A DNA stretch of 64,000 nt, from the NCBI GenBank assembly GCA_050084985.1, contig JBITNC010000001.1, forward strand, positions 18,786,001 through 18,850,000, given 5' to 3'. Position numbers and translations under genes: made by a program. This stretch comes from Nageia nagi. Its lineage: Eukaryota > Plantae > Pinophyta. This document shows positions 1 through 12,284 of the stretch, one piece after another (position 1 is the stretch's first letter; every line of letters begins with the position of its first letter). Under the pieces are notes generated by a model. It was not told where the DNA came from and did no database searches. It saw only the letters and a program-made list of their open reading frames with translations.

Positions 1-280
1 GTTTAGGGTTTAAGATGTAAGGTTTAGGGTTTAGAGTTTAGGATGTAGGGTTTAGGGATTAGGATACAAGGTTTAAGGTTTAGAATTTAGGGTTTAAGGT
101 TTAGGGTTAAATATTTAGGGTTCAAGGTTGAATGCACTAGATTAAATTAGCTAAGGTTTAAGATTTAAGGTTTAGGGTTTAGGATGTAAGGTTTAGTGAT
201 TATGATTTAGGGTTTAAGGTTTAAGGTATAGGGTTAAATATTAAAGGTTTAGGGTTAAATATTGAGGGTTTAAGATTTGA
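1..280 (+). repeat. Degenerate telomere-like tract (TTTAGGG/TTTAAGG), G-rich on +
   Basis: Many GGTTTAGGGTTT and GGTTTAAGGTTT units read directly; heavily degenerate, so interstitial rather than a true telomere. Confidence 0.9.
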
Positions 281-1039
281 ACAACCTATATGTTTAATTA
301 AGAAAAATATAATATTTTTTTTACAACTTTACAAATATACATCAAATTATCTGTATGTCTAATTACTTTATCACACAATACGATGTGATTATTTTTTTTA
401 CAACTTCACAAATTGATTAAATCTTATTAATGTGAGTGATGTGAAAACTTTTTTTAAAATATTTAATTTTTCTAAAATGTATACTACTAAGGTGTTAAAA
501 TAAGGTAGACTAGTAAAACTATAACATGGGTTTACTATATCTTGCCAACGAGTCACATAATGGTATATTAGAAGTGGTCATTACAACTTTGCCTTCACTA
601 TCAACAATTTAACCCTTGCCTAACTGATGTGAGCTCCAAGGCCAATATGGTGGCTAAAAGAATTTCGAGGGCTAAGTCTCAACATGGTGACTATATGTGT
701 TCCCATTTTGCAATGGGACACAGGGAATGCCATCGAGCAAGTAGTTAATGGCTTACTGAGAGTATCAACCCTTAATGATGTAGCCAATGGACTAAATAGT
801 CCATTGGTGTCGCCCATGTAACTCTTATATCCCTTATTTATAGTCGTTCGATGGAAAGTAATGACTCATATTCTAAGGGAAGATTACCTTGGAAATCAAA
901 TCCAAGTGTAGCATGCTCTATGGCTCAATAATTATGGTGATGGGAACTTAAGAAAATTAGAATCAATGGTCATCATCACCTCTAACTTATTTATTTTCAT
1001 TTTAAAGGCATCATGCATATGCATCTAAAAAATTAAATA

Positions 1040-2165
1040 ACTATATTAGCATTGCACTAGCATTAACATCGCATTAACAGTAACATCACATTAACTATAT
1101 TAACATAACATTAACATCACATTATCTACATTAGCATGGTATTTATAACATTGCATTATCTATAATAGCATGGTATTTATAACATCATATTAACATTAAC
1201 ATTGTATTAACTATATTAGCATGGCATTAATATTGCATTAACACTAACATCACAATTACTATATCAACATAGCATTAACATAATATTAACATCGCATTAT
1301 CTATATTAGCATGGCATCAACATCGCATCAACACTAACATAACATTAACTATATTAATATAGCATTAACATAACAAGTAACATTGTGTTAACACTAACAT
1401 AACATTAACTATATTAACATTGCATTAACTATATTAATATGGAATTAACATAGCATTACATTACCATCAAAATAACATGAACATAACATAAACATTGTAT
1501 TGCATTAAAATTGACATAGCATCAACATATCATTAACATTAACATAACCTTAACACTAGCATAACATTAATAGAGCATTCACATAACTTTAATGTTGCAT
1601 TAACATTGTAATCGGATTAAGGTTACTATTAAAATAACATGAATATAATATTAACATTGCATTACATCAACATTGATATAGCATTAATATTGATATTGAC
1701 ATATAGCAGTACCATATCTTGCCAACGAGTCACATAACGGTATATTGGAAGTGGTCATTACAACTTTGCCTTCACTATCAACAATCTAACCCTTGTCTAA
1801 CTAACGTGAGCTTCAAGCTTGATATGGTGGATATAACATTGACATAGCATTAACATTGACATTAACATATAGCTTTAATAGTGATATAACATTAACATTA
1901 AGATTGATGTATAATATTAACATTACCATAACATTAACATTGATATTAACATACCGACATTGATGTATAGCATTAATATTGACATAAAATTAACATTCAT
2001 ATAACATTAACATTAACATGATATTAATATATTAGAAACTTATAACATCAAATCTTAACCCACAAACCCTAACTTGACTCTTAACCCTAACATTATCATA
2101 ATATGTATTAACATAAGTATATTAACATTAACAAAGCATTAATGATATCATAATATTAAAATTAC
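1040..2165. repeat. Degenerate (AACATT/TAACAT)n low-complexity tandem tract
   Basis: Recurring acattaac and cattaacat units; grades into AACCCT-type units near 2055-2090. Confidence 0.85.
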
Positions 2166-3349
2166 ATTTTACTAATTTAATAGTATTTATAATTTAATTT
2201 TTTATGAATTAATTTAAATTATTTGCGTATTTTTAAAAAATATTTAATATTTTTAACAGTATATATTTATGAATTTAATATAATATTTTTAAAGTATTTT
2301 TTAAGTATTTTATGTATGTAATATTTTTTAAGTATTTTTATCTAAATACGATTTTAAATTATGTAGGTATATTTTTTACGTATTTTTAAAACTACTTAAT
2401 ATTTTTTAATTATATTTTTTAATGTAATATTTTTAAGTATGTTGAAATATTTTTTAAGCATTAATTTAGTAGTTTTTGAATTTTTTTATTTTTTTGGCAT
2501 GATGCATTGTTTGACGTATTGTTGCATCAAGCAATTGGTCAAGTTGAACATAGAATCATAAAAAAATAAAAGGGGTATACCCCACTAATCATTTTTTCAT
2601 TTGATTTTCATGAGAGGGACAAGGCAAAGAGTGTTTGCCATGGAAGAGGAGGACATAACAATCAGATTTGGATTAAATCTAACTATTTTTTGTTAGATCC
2701 AGGTCAAATTTGTCAAATTCACAGCCAGATTTAAAGGTAAGTATTGTAAATCTAATTTTTTACTTTCAAAATCATTTTTGCAATAAGTATTTAACTTTTT
2801 TTATAGAAATAGAATATTTTTGTATAGATTTGATATTTTTTATGCCAAAATAAAAACATACAAAAAAAAACCTTCAAAAATAATCAAAAATAAAAACCCT
2901 AGATAATATTTTTTACTAGAATTTGTTGAATTAAACCTAGAAAAATGAAAACCCTAGACTTTAGATAGATTTTTTTTACTAAAATTTGATGAATTAAACC
3001 TAGGGTTTGACAAAAACTAGGTTTTACAAAATTAAACAAATCAAAAAATTAGATTCTCAATTATTTATAAAATTTGTACATTAAGGTTTTAATTTTGTTG
3101 CAAAAAATTAACAAATTTTGAAAAATTCATAAAAAAAAATATATACAAAAACATACCAAAAATTCCTATAGCTCCTTTTTTGTTTTATCAAAATGACCAC
3201 ATGATCCCCATTTTTATAAATAACAAGTCAATAATTCATTTATAATTTAGAATTTTAAATTAAAATTTAACTTAATTTATAATATAATATACTTTTAAAT
3301 TTTAATTTATAATATAATACAATTTGAAATTTAATTTATAATACAATTT

Positions 3350-4980
3350 GAAGGGTTTAGGGGTTAGGGGTTTGGGTTTAATTAAGGGTTTGGGTTACAA
3401 GTTAGGGTTTTATTTTAACTTGGATTAAAATTTAATTTATAATATAATTTTAAATTTTAAACATATAATTTATTATTATTTTTAATTTTAAACATATAAT
3501 TTATTAAAAATTTAAATTATAAATTTTTAAAATATAATTCAAGTTAGGGGTTTAGGTTTAAGGGTAAGGGGTTTGGGTTAGGATTTAAAGGTTTGGGTTA
3601 GGATTATGAGTTAGAATTTTATTTTAACTTAACTTAAAATTTAAGGGTAAGGGTTAGGGTTTGAGGAATATGGTTAGGATTTAAGGGTTATGGTTAGGGT
3701 TTAAGGGTTAAGGTTTAAAATTATGGTTATGGTTAGGGTTATGGTTAGGATTTAGAGGTTGTACTTAAAGGTTATGGTTAAGGGTAAGCATTAAAGGTTT
3801 AGGTTATAGGTTAGGGTTTAAGGGTTAGGGGTTTGGGTTTAAGTTTAGGGTCAAAAATTAAGATTTTTGGAGTTATATATGGTTAGGATTTAGGGTTTTG
3901 GATTAAGGATTAAGGGTTTAGGGTAGCGTTTAATTAAGGGTTTGGGTTACAATTAGGAGTTAGAGTTTTATTTCAACTTAACTTAAAATTTAATTTATAA
4001 TATAATTTTAAATTTTAAACATATAATTTATTATTATTTTTATATTTTAAACATATAAATTATTAAAATTTTGGACTATAAATTTTAAAAATATAATTTA
4101 GGTTAGGGGTTTACGTTTCAGTGTTAGGTGTTTGGGTTAGGATTAGGAGTTAGGATTTTATTTTAACTTAACTTAAAATTTAATTTATAATATAATTTTT
4201 AATTTTAAACATATAAGTAACTATAAATTTAGATTTTTAATTTTAAACATACAATTTATTATAAATTTTTAAAATATAATTTAGGTTAGGGGTTTGGTTT
4301 TAAGGGTTAGGTGTTTGTGTTAGGGTTTAAGGGTTTAGGTTAGGGTTATGGGTTATAGTACTTTAAAGGTTAGGAGTTTGAGTTAGAGTTTAAGGAATAT
4401 GGCTAGGATTTAAGGTTATGGTTAGAATTTAAGGATTAAAGTTTAAAATTATGGTTATGGTTAGGATTTAAGGGTTGCAGTTAAAGGTTTTGGTTAGGGG
4501 TAAGCGTTAAAGGTTTAGGTTAGGGGTTAGGGTTTAAGGGTTTGGGGTTTGGGTTTAAGTTTAAGGTTAAGAATTAAGATTAGGAGTTAAAGTTTTATTT
4601 TAACTTAACTTAAAATTTAATTTATAATATAATTTGAAATTTTAAACATATAATTTATTATTATTTTTAAATTTTTAATTTTAAATATATAATTTGTAAA
4701 AAAAATTAAATTTTAAATTTTAAAAATATAATTTAGGTTTAAAGGTTAGGGGTTTAGGTTAAAGTTTAAATGTTTGGGTTAGGGTTAGGATTAGGATTTT
4801 ATTTTAACTTAACATAAAATTTAATTTATAATATAAGTTTAAATATATAAGTTATTATAAATTTTAATTTTTAATTTTAAACATATAATTTATTATAAAA
4901 ATTAAATTTTAAATTTTAAAAATATAATTTAGGTTAGAGGTTTAGGTTTAAGGGTTAGGGTTTAAGAGTTTAGGTTTAAA
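3350..4980 (+). repeat. Higher-order array alternating telomere-like TTAGGG/TTTAGGG blocks with an AT-only module
   Basis: The module 'ttttattttaacttaacttaaaatttaatttataatataa' recurs near 3407, 3617 (partial), 3966, 4156, 4593 and 4797, between GGGTTA-rich blocks. Confidence 0.9.
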
Positions 4981-5032
4981 TAGTTTTAAATTTTTTATAC
5001 TAATAATATTTTTTGTTATTATCTTTATTTAG

Positions 5033-6600
5033 TGATTATCTTGACCGATGATAGGAGAGGAAAGAATCCAAAACTTTCAAAGACAATTGCAAGCAAGAAT
5101 GGTTTTGTAAATATTTATTTATGAATGTGATTTGTTCATTTTTTATTTAATAATATTCATTTCAAAAGAAAAATTAACTTTATTTTTTTATCTTTTTTAC
5201 ATAGTAAGGTAGTGGCCAAATTATATAAAATGGCCACACAATGAATGGAAATGAGTGAGATTGATAGAGAAATCAATAAACAAATGGGCATTGGGCTTTC
5301 AAGTATTGGGCCTTTTGGGCCTGCTACTGACGTTGATCGATTATCATTGGTGGGCTCATCACTGAATGGTAAAATTATTTGATTTATTAATTTAAAAAAA
5401 TTGATTGAAGTTACCTTTTATTAACTAAATGTTACATTCAATAAAGATAATCTAAGTAATGTTGTAATTGTAGATGTACATTTAGTTAATAAGAAAATTG
5501 TATTTGCAATATGCAAGGGCACCAATGATATTGAGATTAAGGTGGATGAAAAGGATGTTGTTATTAAAGATCATAATGGTAAGAATTGATTTTAAAAATT
5601 ATACATTTATATATTTATTTTGGAATATATTAATTTACTAATATTATTAAATTTTCTTTAGGGCATTTTTTTATGACACTTTCTAGAAATGTATTTTCCA
5701 CCAACTTGATCCTACAATAGATCTCGAGTGGAAAAAATAAAATGAAGTAGGTTTATATATAATTTGTTATACTTAATTTTATAAATTATAAAGTATACTT
5801 AATTTTTTAATTCATTTTCTAAAAATTTATGTATTTTGCAGCATAATAAAGAGTGATAGATATCTTGAAAAAAGAATTTGGTGATGCATGGAATCCAAAA
5901 TGGACAAGAATTTAAATTGGAGGAGAGATAAAATTAGGAATAAAATAAATAAACTTCCTAAAAATCAATGTAGAGGAAGTAGGCTTGCAAATGTTGACAA
6001 AAAGGTGTGGAAGAACTTGATGAAGAAAGTGGAGGAGGAAACACATAGAGAATCCATTGCTGAACCATCATAGTTCGAAAAAGTTGTGCATGCCCAAGAC
6101 AACATATCTTCCATGACATATACCTATAAGTCAGGCAAATAGGGAAAAGTAGGGATTGAATCAAGATATGTAAGTATATTTAATTATTTATTTAATATTT
6201 TATACATGAATGGTTATATAATTAAAATATTATTTAATTAAATATGTATTTGTGTAGTATGATAAATATGGTAGGTATCCTTCAAAAGATGAAGTAAAAT
6301 TTGCCCTTAAAATGGTTTTCAAGCACTAGTCTTTAAGATAGCATCCAAGACTATAAGTAATATTTAAATATTTTTTAATTAATTATATTATTTTGATATT
6401 GATGCATAAAGTTTTTAGTTTTACTTATTTACTAATATTTAGTTAATTATTCTTTTCAAGGTGAGGAGGATCAATCGGAGGGTGGTTGAGATGAGGATGA
6501 ACAGGAGGGTGATCAGGAGGGGTTACAAATTACCATAATGGATGAAGATGATGAGGAGAGAGATGATGAGTACACTAGGCATGGTCATGATAGTGAATAA
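5033..6600 (+). pseudogene. Decayed multi-exon gene of CACTA-1 (probable TnpA/Ptta-like accessory protein)
   Basis: AG/GT-bounded exons at ~5033-5101, 5205-5368, 5474-5578, 5662-5750, 5842-6169, 6258-6355 and 6461-6600, separated by ~80-110 nt AT-rich introns. Stops and frameshifts present; acidic last exon; lies next to a CACTA right end; homologous to 12285-13227. Confidence 0.7.
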
Positions 6601-6929
6601 CCCATTACCATGACTTTCTACTTCATGAGACATTTTTTGTCACCTGAGATTATATACATATGATTATTAATGTGTTAGATTATTTATACTTAATGTATTT
6701 TTAAGTTTTATTTTTATTATGCTTATTTTTAATGCTTATATGTTTAAATTTTAATTTCTTTACTTTTAATATATTATAATTTAATTTTACATTATTGTAT
6801 GGATTTAGAATGTATTAAAAAATGAAATAAAATTTGAATGTATATATATTACTTTTAATGTATTTTGATTGTATTAAACACAAAAAATGGTAATAATAAA
6901 CTATTTTTTTTATTTTTTTAAATGATATC

Positions 6930-7420
6930 AAAATTGATGCCTTAAGCATCCAACATTTGACTCCTACCATGATTCCTAATGCATCAAAATTTTGACCAAA
7001 CTTGACTCCAAATGCAACAAATTCTTAACTCGTAATGCATCAACACATCGACGTTTTATGAGTCATAATTTTGACTCATAATGTATCGATAAATTGATGT
7101 TTTATGAGTCAAAATGTTGACTACTTAAGCATCAATACCTTGATATTTTATGAATCATAATTTTAACAATAAAAGCATCTACAAGTTGATGTTTATATGA
7201 GTCACACTTTTGACTCAAGTTACGTTTGCTTCTAGATATTGATATTTTAAGAGTCAACTGACTTGATGCATTTAGAGTTAAAAGATGATGCAATGTGCAT
7301 ACAATATAAGATGCATCAATTGATATTTCATAAAAAAAATGATGATGCTTAAAATGACACAGTGTTTGAAACTCCCCTTAGCATCAAGTTAGGAGTCAAT
7401 TTGATGACTAAAAAAAGGAA
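6930..7420. repeat. CACTA subterminal repeat region
   Basis: Dense TTGACTC/GAGTCA and GCATCAA/TTGATG motifs in both orientations just inside the TIR. Confidence 0.8.
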
Positions 7421-7479
7421 AAAAAAAGACATAGGGGTTGACATATTGGAGGAAGCAAAATCCCTTAAATGTAGTAGTG

Positions 7480-10400
7480 CATATAATTTAGACTTAGAGG
7501 TGTTAACTGCTTGTCAAAGGTCATTTCATGTGTATTTAGGAGTCTTTTTATCATATGGATTTCTTGTATGGAAGGGCATGTAGCTAAGAGGGTGTTATCA
7601 GCAAACTATGAGTGGGTAATAGGTGGACAAAGATGGTTTAACTGAAGGCCTTTAATTCCACCTGTCTCCTAAAGATTTTGAATGTCTCTTCCTAAAGCTT
7701 TAGCCATAATGATAAATAAGTATGGTGGAGGGGGTCTCCCTACCTCAACCCTTTTGAACCTCTAAAAAAAGCCTTGTGTACTACCATTAATCAATATGGA
7801 GGAAGTAGAACCCTAAATTAAGGTTGAGATCTATTGTATCCAACACTCATCAAAGCCAAACTTGCCCACAGTACTATTTAAATAAAACTCGATTTGCATC
7901 TTTTTTGCATCGAAATGCTTTGTTAATTTTTTCCCATTTTTCTGATGCAATTTTCGATGCAAACTATCATGCCAAAATTTGCGTTAGATTTTGCATCATT
8001 TTTGGAGCACTTTTTGTGTCATTTTTTACATCCTTAAAGCCACTTTTTCCATCCTTAAAGCCACTTTTTGCATCATTTTTTATGTTATTTTTTAGAATTT
8101 GCATCGATTTTTACATTAGAATTTCATTATTTACGTCAATTTATGCATCAAATTTTCATAATTTGCATCAATTTTTAAAATAAAATATAATAAAAATATA
8201 GATATTTTAATTTTATGCGATTTAAAAAAAATGGGCTCAAAACAAGGTTCGGATCAAAAGTTACGACCTCTGTAAGGTACATTATTTTTATTAGGTCTTT
8301 GGGGCAATGCCATAAGTCCATTAAACCAGTTCAAGAATGGAGTTAGTGGTTTAGGTTTTAAAAATTTTAATTTATTATATATTATTTTCTTGAATAATGC
8401 AGTAAGACTTTTAATATTATTTTCCATTTCTTATTTCCTACTTCTTTGTTAGCCTTCGAAGGAGTTTTCTTTTCTGCACTATGGGCTTATTCTCTTTTTT
8501 CTTTTCTGCAATTATGGATTTTTTTTTTCCGTGGGCTCATTCTCTATGGGCTTCTTCTCTACCTTGGGCACCAAGCTACGATCGAAACTTGAAAACTAAG
8601 GAAGGAAAAAAATAGCTAAAGTGTATGAAATGTAAGGATTATAGGGAGGGTTTGTTGATATATATAGATAGGAGAGGGTATTTGGCTATTAGGTAATCAC
8701 TTTTGGTACGGATGGAGGACAAAATGAATATAAGCCATCAATTGGTTGATTGATGAATAGGTAAAATATGTTTTATATTTTTATTAGTGAAATGCGATGC
8801 AAAGTTTACATCGAAATTTATGTTAGAATTTACATCGAAAAAAATGAAAAAATGGAAAAAAAAATAAAACGATGCATGTTGATGCAAGAGGATGCAAATT
8901 AATGTTGATTTTCATTTTTCATGTTTTAAGATGCAAAAGAGATGCAAATTCCATTATATGTTGCAGGAACCTTCAATTAACCCTATCAAATGCTTTCTTC
9001 ATATCAAAGTTTGAGGGCCTTTATTCTTGTTTAAAGATAAGGAGTGAATTAGTTCATGAATTAGAACTACTCCATCCATTAGTTGCCTATTTTCTCATTA
9101 AAGATTATGTATTAGATCATAGTTTTGAGATGACTAACAGCAACCTTCCTAAAATTTATTTTGAATTGAAGAACTCCTAAACTACTCCTACTATTTCAAA
9201 CTTAAGTAAGTGCCAAAAATGCTGATAGAAGAACCCCAAATCTCTTCATTTGGAAGACTACCTTCTCAACTTCTTTATCTAAGATCGGGACTACTAATAT
9301 TGCATTTTGATTTAAACTTAAAAGGGGGGAATAAGATTCTCAAGTATACTTGTGCATCTTCTCTATCTATCTCTTCGTCTGTTAGTAGATTTTTAAAAAA
9401 GGAGATGATGTGTTCATCTATATCTTCCGATTTGGATAAAACTTGACCAGAGGGAGTGTTCAGATTTAAAATTTTGTTTTTTCCCTATGCAATCATAGTG
9501 TATATGTGAAATAATTTATTATTCTTTTCTCCATCCTTAAGCCATTAAACATGTGATTTTTGTTTCCAAAAAATTCCTCTTTAAGATAAACCTCATCCAG
9601 TTTTCTTACCAAGGACAATTCTTGTTCTTGAAGAGCGTCATCATAGCCAACTTGGAGTTTGGTCTCTATCAGTGCTAATTCCTGTTCCAAAGCATATTTT
9701 GTATCTAAGAGTAAACTAAAAGAGCTTTTATTCCATATCTTCATCTTGGATTTAAGCTTGCTTAGTTTGGTAGCAAATTGGTACACAAGTGAGCCATATA
9801 CATAGGATTCTTCACTCCACCATTGTTCATCCAGCTTGAAAAATGTAGGATGAGAGAGCCACATTCTGTTGAATCTAAATGGGAAGCCTCTGCTTTTAGT
9901 TGGGTTGTCTAAGGTAAGGGCAATGGGTGAATGATCAGACCATAGAAGAAATCGATCCAGCTTCTCCAAAATTTTGTATTCTACTTTTTGTCGATTAGAC
10001 CATGTGAATCTACCATGAGTACAAAATGGCTCTAAGAGCTGGTTAACCTCTATGAATTCATTGAAGTGGTTCATGTTAACATCTAAACTTCTTACTCCCC
10101 CCATCTTCTCATCAAGGTTTATGATAATATTAAAATCACTTCCCACGATGCAAGAAATATCGTTGTTTGCTGCCAACTAAATTTTGATTTGGAACCAACA
10201 TTCTTGCTTACTCCTAATGGTTTGAGGGCCATAAACATTTAATAAAATAAAATTATTACCTGTTGAAAGGCATCTAGTCTGAACTACCACCTAAGAGTTA
10301 GTAGAGTAATCCAGAGAGCATGTGATCTTGGAATCATCCCAAAGGATTGCTAAACCACCAGACTTCCCATTGGAGTCCTTAGCAATGCACGAGCATTTAT

Positions 10401-12010
10401 ACCAAAAAAAAATTATAAAACTTTGCCATGTCAACCGCTGGTATTTTAGTTTCCTACAGAAAAAGAACTATGGGTAAAATTGAGCCAATCATAGCTTTAA
10501 CCTTCCTCATTTTCATGGGAATATGAAGACCCCTGGTGTTCCATGAGGTGGAAGACCCCTGGTGTTCCATGAGGTGACTAAAATTGGGAAACTTCATATT
10601 GTTTGGAGCCCAATAGCTCATCAATTTGAGGTTGACTTCCATCCTCTATGTTTTCCATTGCTTCCTAGATCAACTATTCCCGATTTTCCTACGACCTGGG
10701 CCTTTTATCCTGGGAAAACCTGTATTGGTGATCTTAAGTTTGTTGTTCATTTGTTTGATGGGTTATCCTCTAAAGGCATTCTCTTGAAGGTCTTTCCTAC
10801 TTTTGAGGCTAAGAGAGCTCTAGGGTATATGATCTATATTTTGGATCTAGGAATCCGCCATGTTTTGATCTATTTCTTGAAGAGGCGGATCTTGCCGAGT
10901 AGGGGAATCATTGGTCTCCATTATGTTAATGGTGGTAGGTTGTGGTCTAGTTATGGCTAGGATTTGAGGTTGGGTTGGCATTCATTCTGAGGGATCGGGG
11001 AATTGCTAGCAGGACTCTGCTCTTTTCCATTCGGATCTAGGCTATACAGAATTTGAAAAGAGTTTTGATCTCTAACATCTACAATGTTATGAACAGTATT
11101 AGGTTGCTTACCTATTTGGGATTTTCACTTGGGTATTTGGAAACCATTCTCTGGGCAGCCACTAGTTGGATCTAAGGCTCAGCATGTGGGCAAGATCTGG
11201 CTAAATGGCCATATTCAGAGCATACACGATGCCTGAAGGGAACGTTCTTGTAATCCACTCTTGGGTCCAAGTTAACCCTTCATCTGATATTTCAATTTGG
11301 ACCTTACAGTGCAGTGGGAAATTTAGGTTGATCTGAATATAGATTCGAGTATAGGTAGCAGACCTCAACTCCCTGGTATTTTTGAAGGTACTTATATAGT
11401 TTCCTAATGATACACCTCTTGCTTCAAACACATCATCATTCCAATGTTCAAAGATAAATCTATGAGTCTGATCCACACCAGGGCCATGGAGGGGTTTTCT
11501 TCGTTTTTTTTAACCTTGTATGCCAGGGTTTCATGAATACGTTGGCATCTACACAAAACCATGGACCGCCTTCAAATGCAAAGCCTTTATCCAGTTTCGT
11601 AATAAACAAGGCTATGAAATACCCATTGGAAAGATGGGTAATGCTCACTTCGCCCTTCAGTCCCTTCTCACCTTTAGATTCCCAGTTATGGAGAACCCAA
11701 GTCTCTATGGCGTATGGAGCTAACCTTGCTTCAAGGAATTTGCAGATTAAGGCATGTGTTTCTAGCATGTGGATGCCATCATGAACCTTTTCGCTTCTAA
11801 CCATTACTAATGGTGTTTCCGTAGTAGCTTGGAAACATCCATTTTCATTTTTTTGGGGGTCCTCCTTTGTTCATCTAACTCTTCAAAATTGGCCTCGTTC
11901 AGTAGCTGGTTTAGACCCATTAGGTGAGGATTTCCTCAAGACATCATGAAAAGAAATATTTAGAGGGACCCCCTGAAGTCGACGCCATGGCTAGCCTCTT
12001 CCTGCTCAAA
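7480..12010 (-). mobile_element. L1-clade LINE, decayed, interrupted by two insertions
   Basis: ORF1 from ATG ~11988: DUF4283-like segment (ORF 11460-11804) and zinc knuckle CSEYGHLARSC near 11200. ORF2 endonuclease motifs SWNTRGL, GSDFN, LDRFL, SDHSPI, FRFNRMW. RT motifs DMKKAFDRVN (~8990), GLR*GDP (~7740) and *FADNTLL (~7600). Confidence 0.92.
7876..8962. mobile_element. ~1.09-kb non-autonomous element with subterminal inverted repeats, inserted in the LINE RT
   Basis: Splits the RT motif W-x-F-L..xxKFGF. A 20-bp inverted repeat (7892-7911 vs 8930-8949) matches 19/20. GCATC/GATGC motifs cluster at both ends. Confidence 0.75.
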
Positions 12011-12284
12011 ATAGCGTTATAGTATTTTCAGTCATTTCGTTCGAGGATAAAACAACGGTCGTATTCAATACTTAAAGCAAGTGTTGAAAACAACTACTAA
12101 AATATTAACAAAAAAGACATGGATAAGGTGTGAGGTATTAGGTCCTCTCATGCAGCCCATGTACCAACTCACCGCTGCCTCCAACCACTCCACGTGGTAA
12201 TTTTTTCTATGAATTAAATTTTAAAAAATATTTTAAATATTATTATTTTTTCTTTTTTTATTATTTTTTCTTAACGATTAATCA

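Larger units (their letters stand above)
1..7479 (+). mobile_element. CACTA/En-Spm DNA transposon 'CACTA-1', right part (left end outside window)
   Basis: Right terminus ...AAATGTAGTAGTG ends at 7479 (reverse complement CACTACTACA). It is preceded by ~500 bp of subterminal repeats in both orientations and by a multi-exon TnpA-like pseudogene. LINE RT sequence starts directly at 7480. Confidence 0.8.

Noticed and set aside
1-280. True telomere / chromosome end
   Set aside because: The repeats are highly degenerate, the G-strand points into the window, and the tract lies within a transposon.
7824-8183. 119-aa hydrophobic ORF and similar short ORFs (16871-17111, 20491-20904, 24904-25995)
   Set aside because: They derive from low-complexity, promoter or retroposon sequence and show no recognisable domains.
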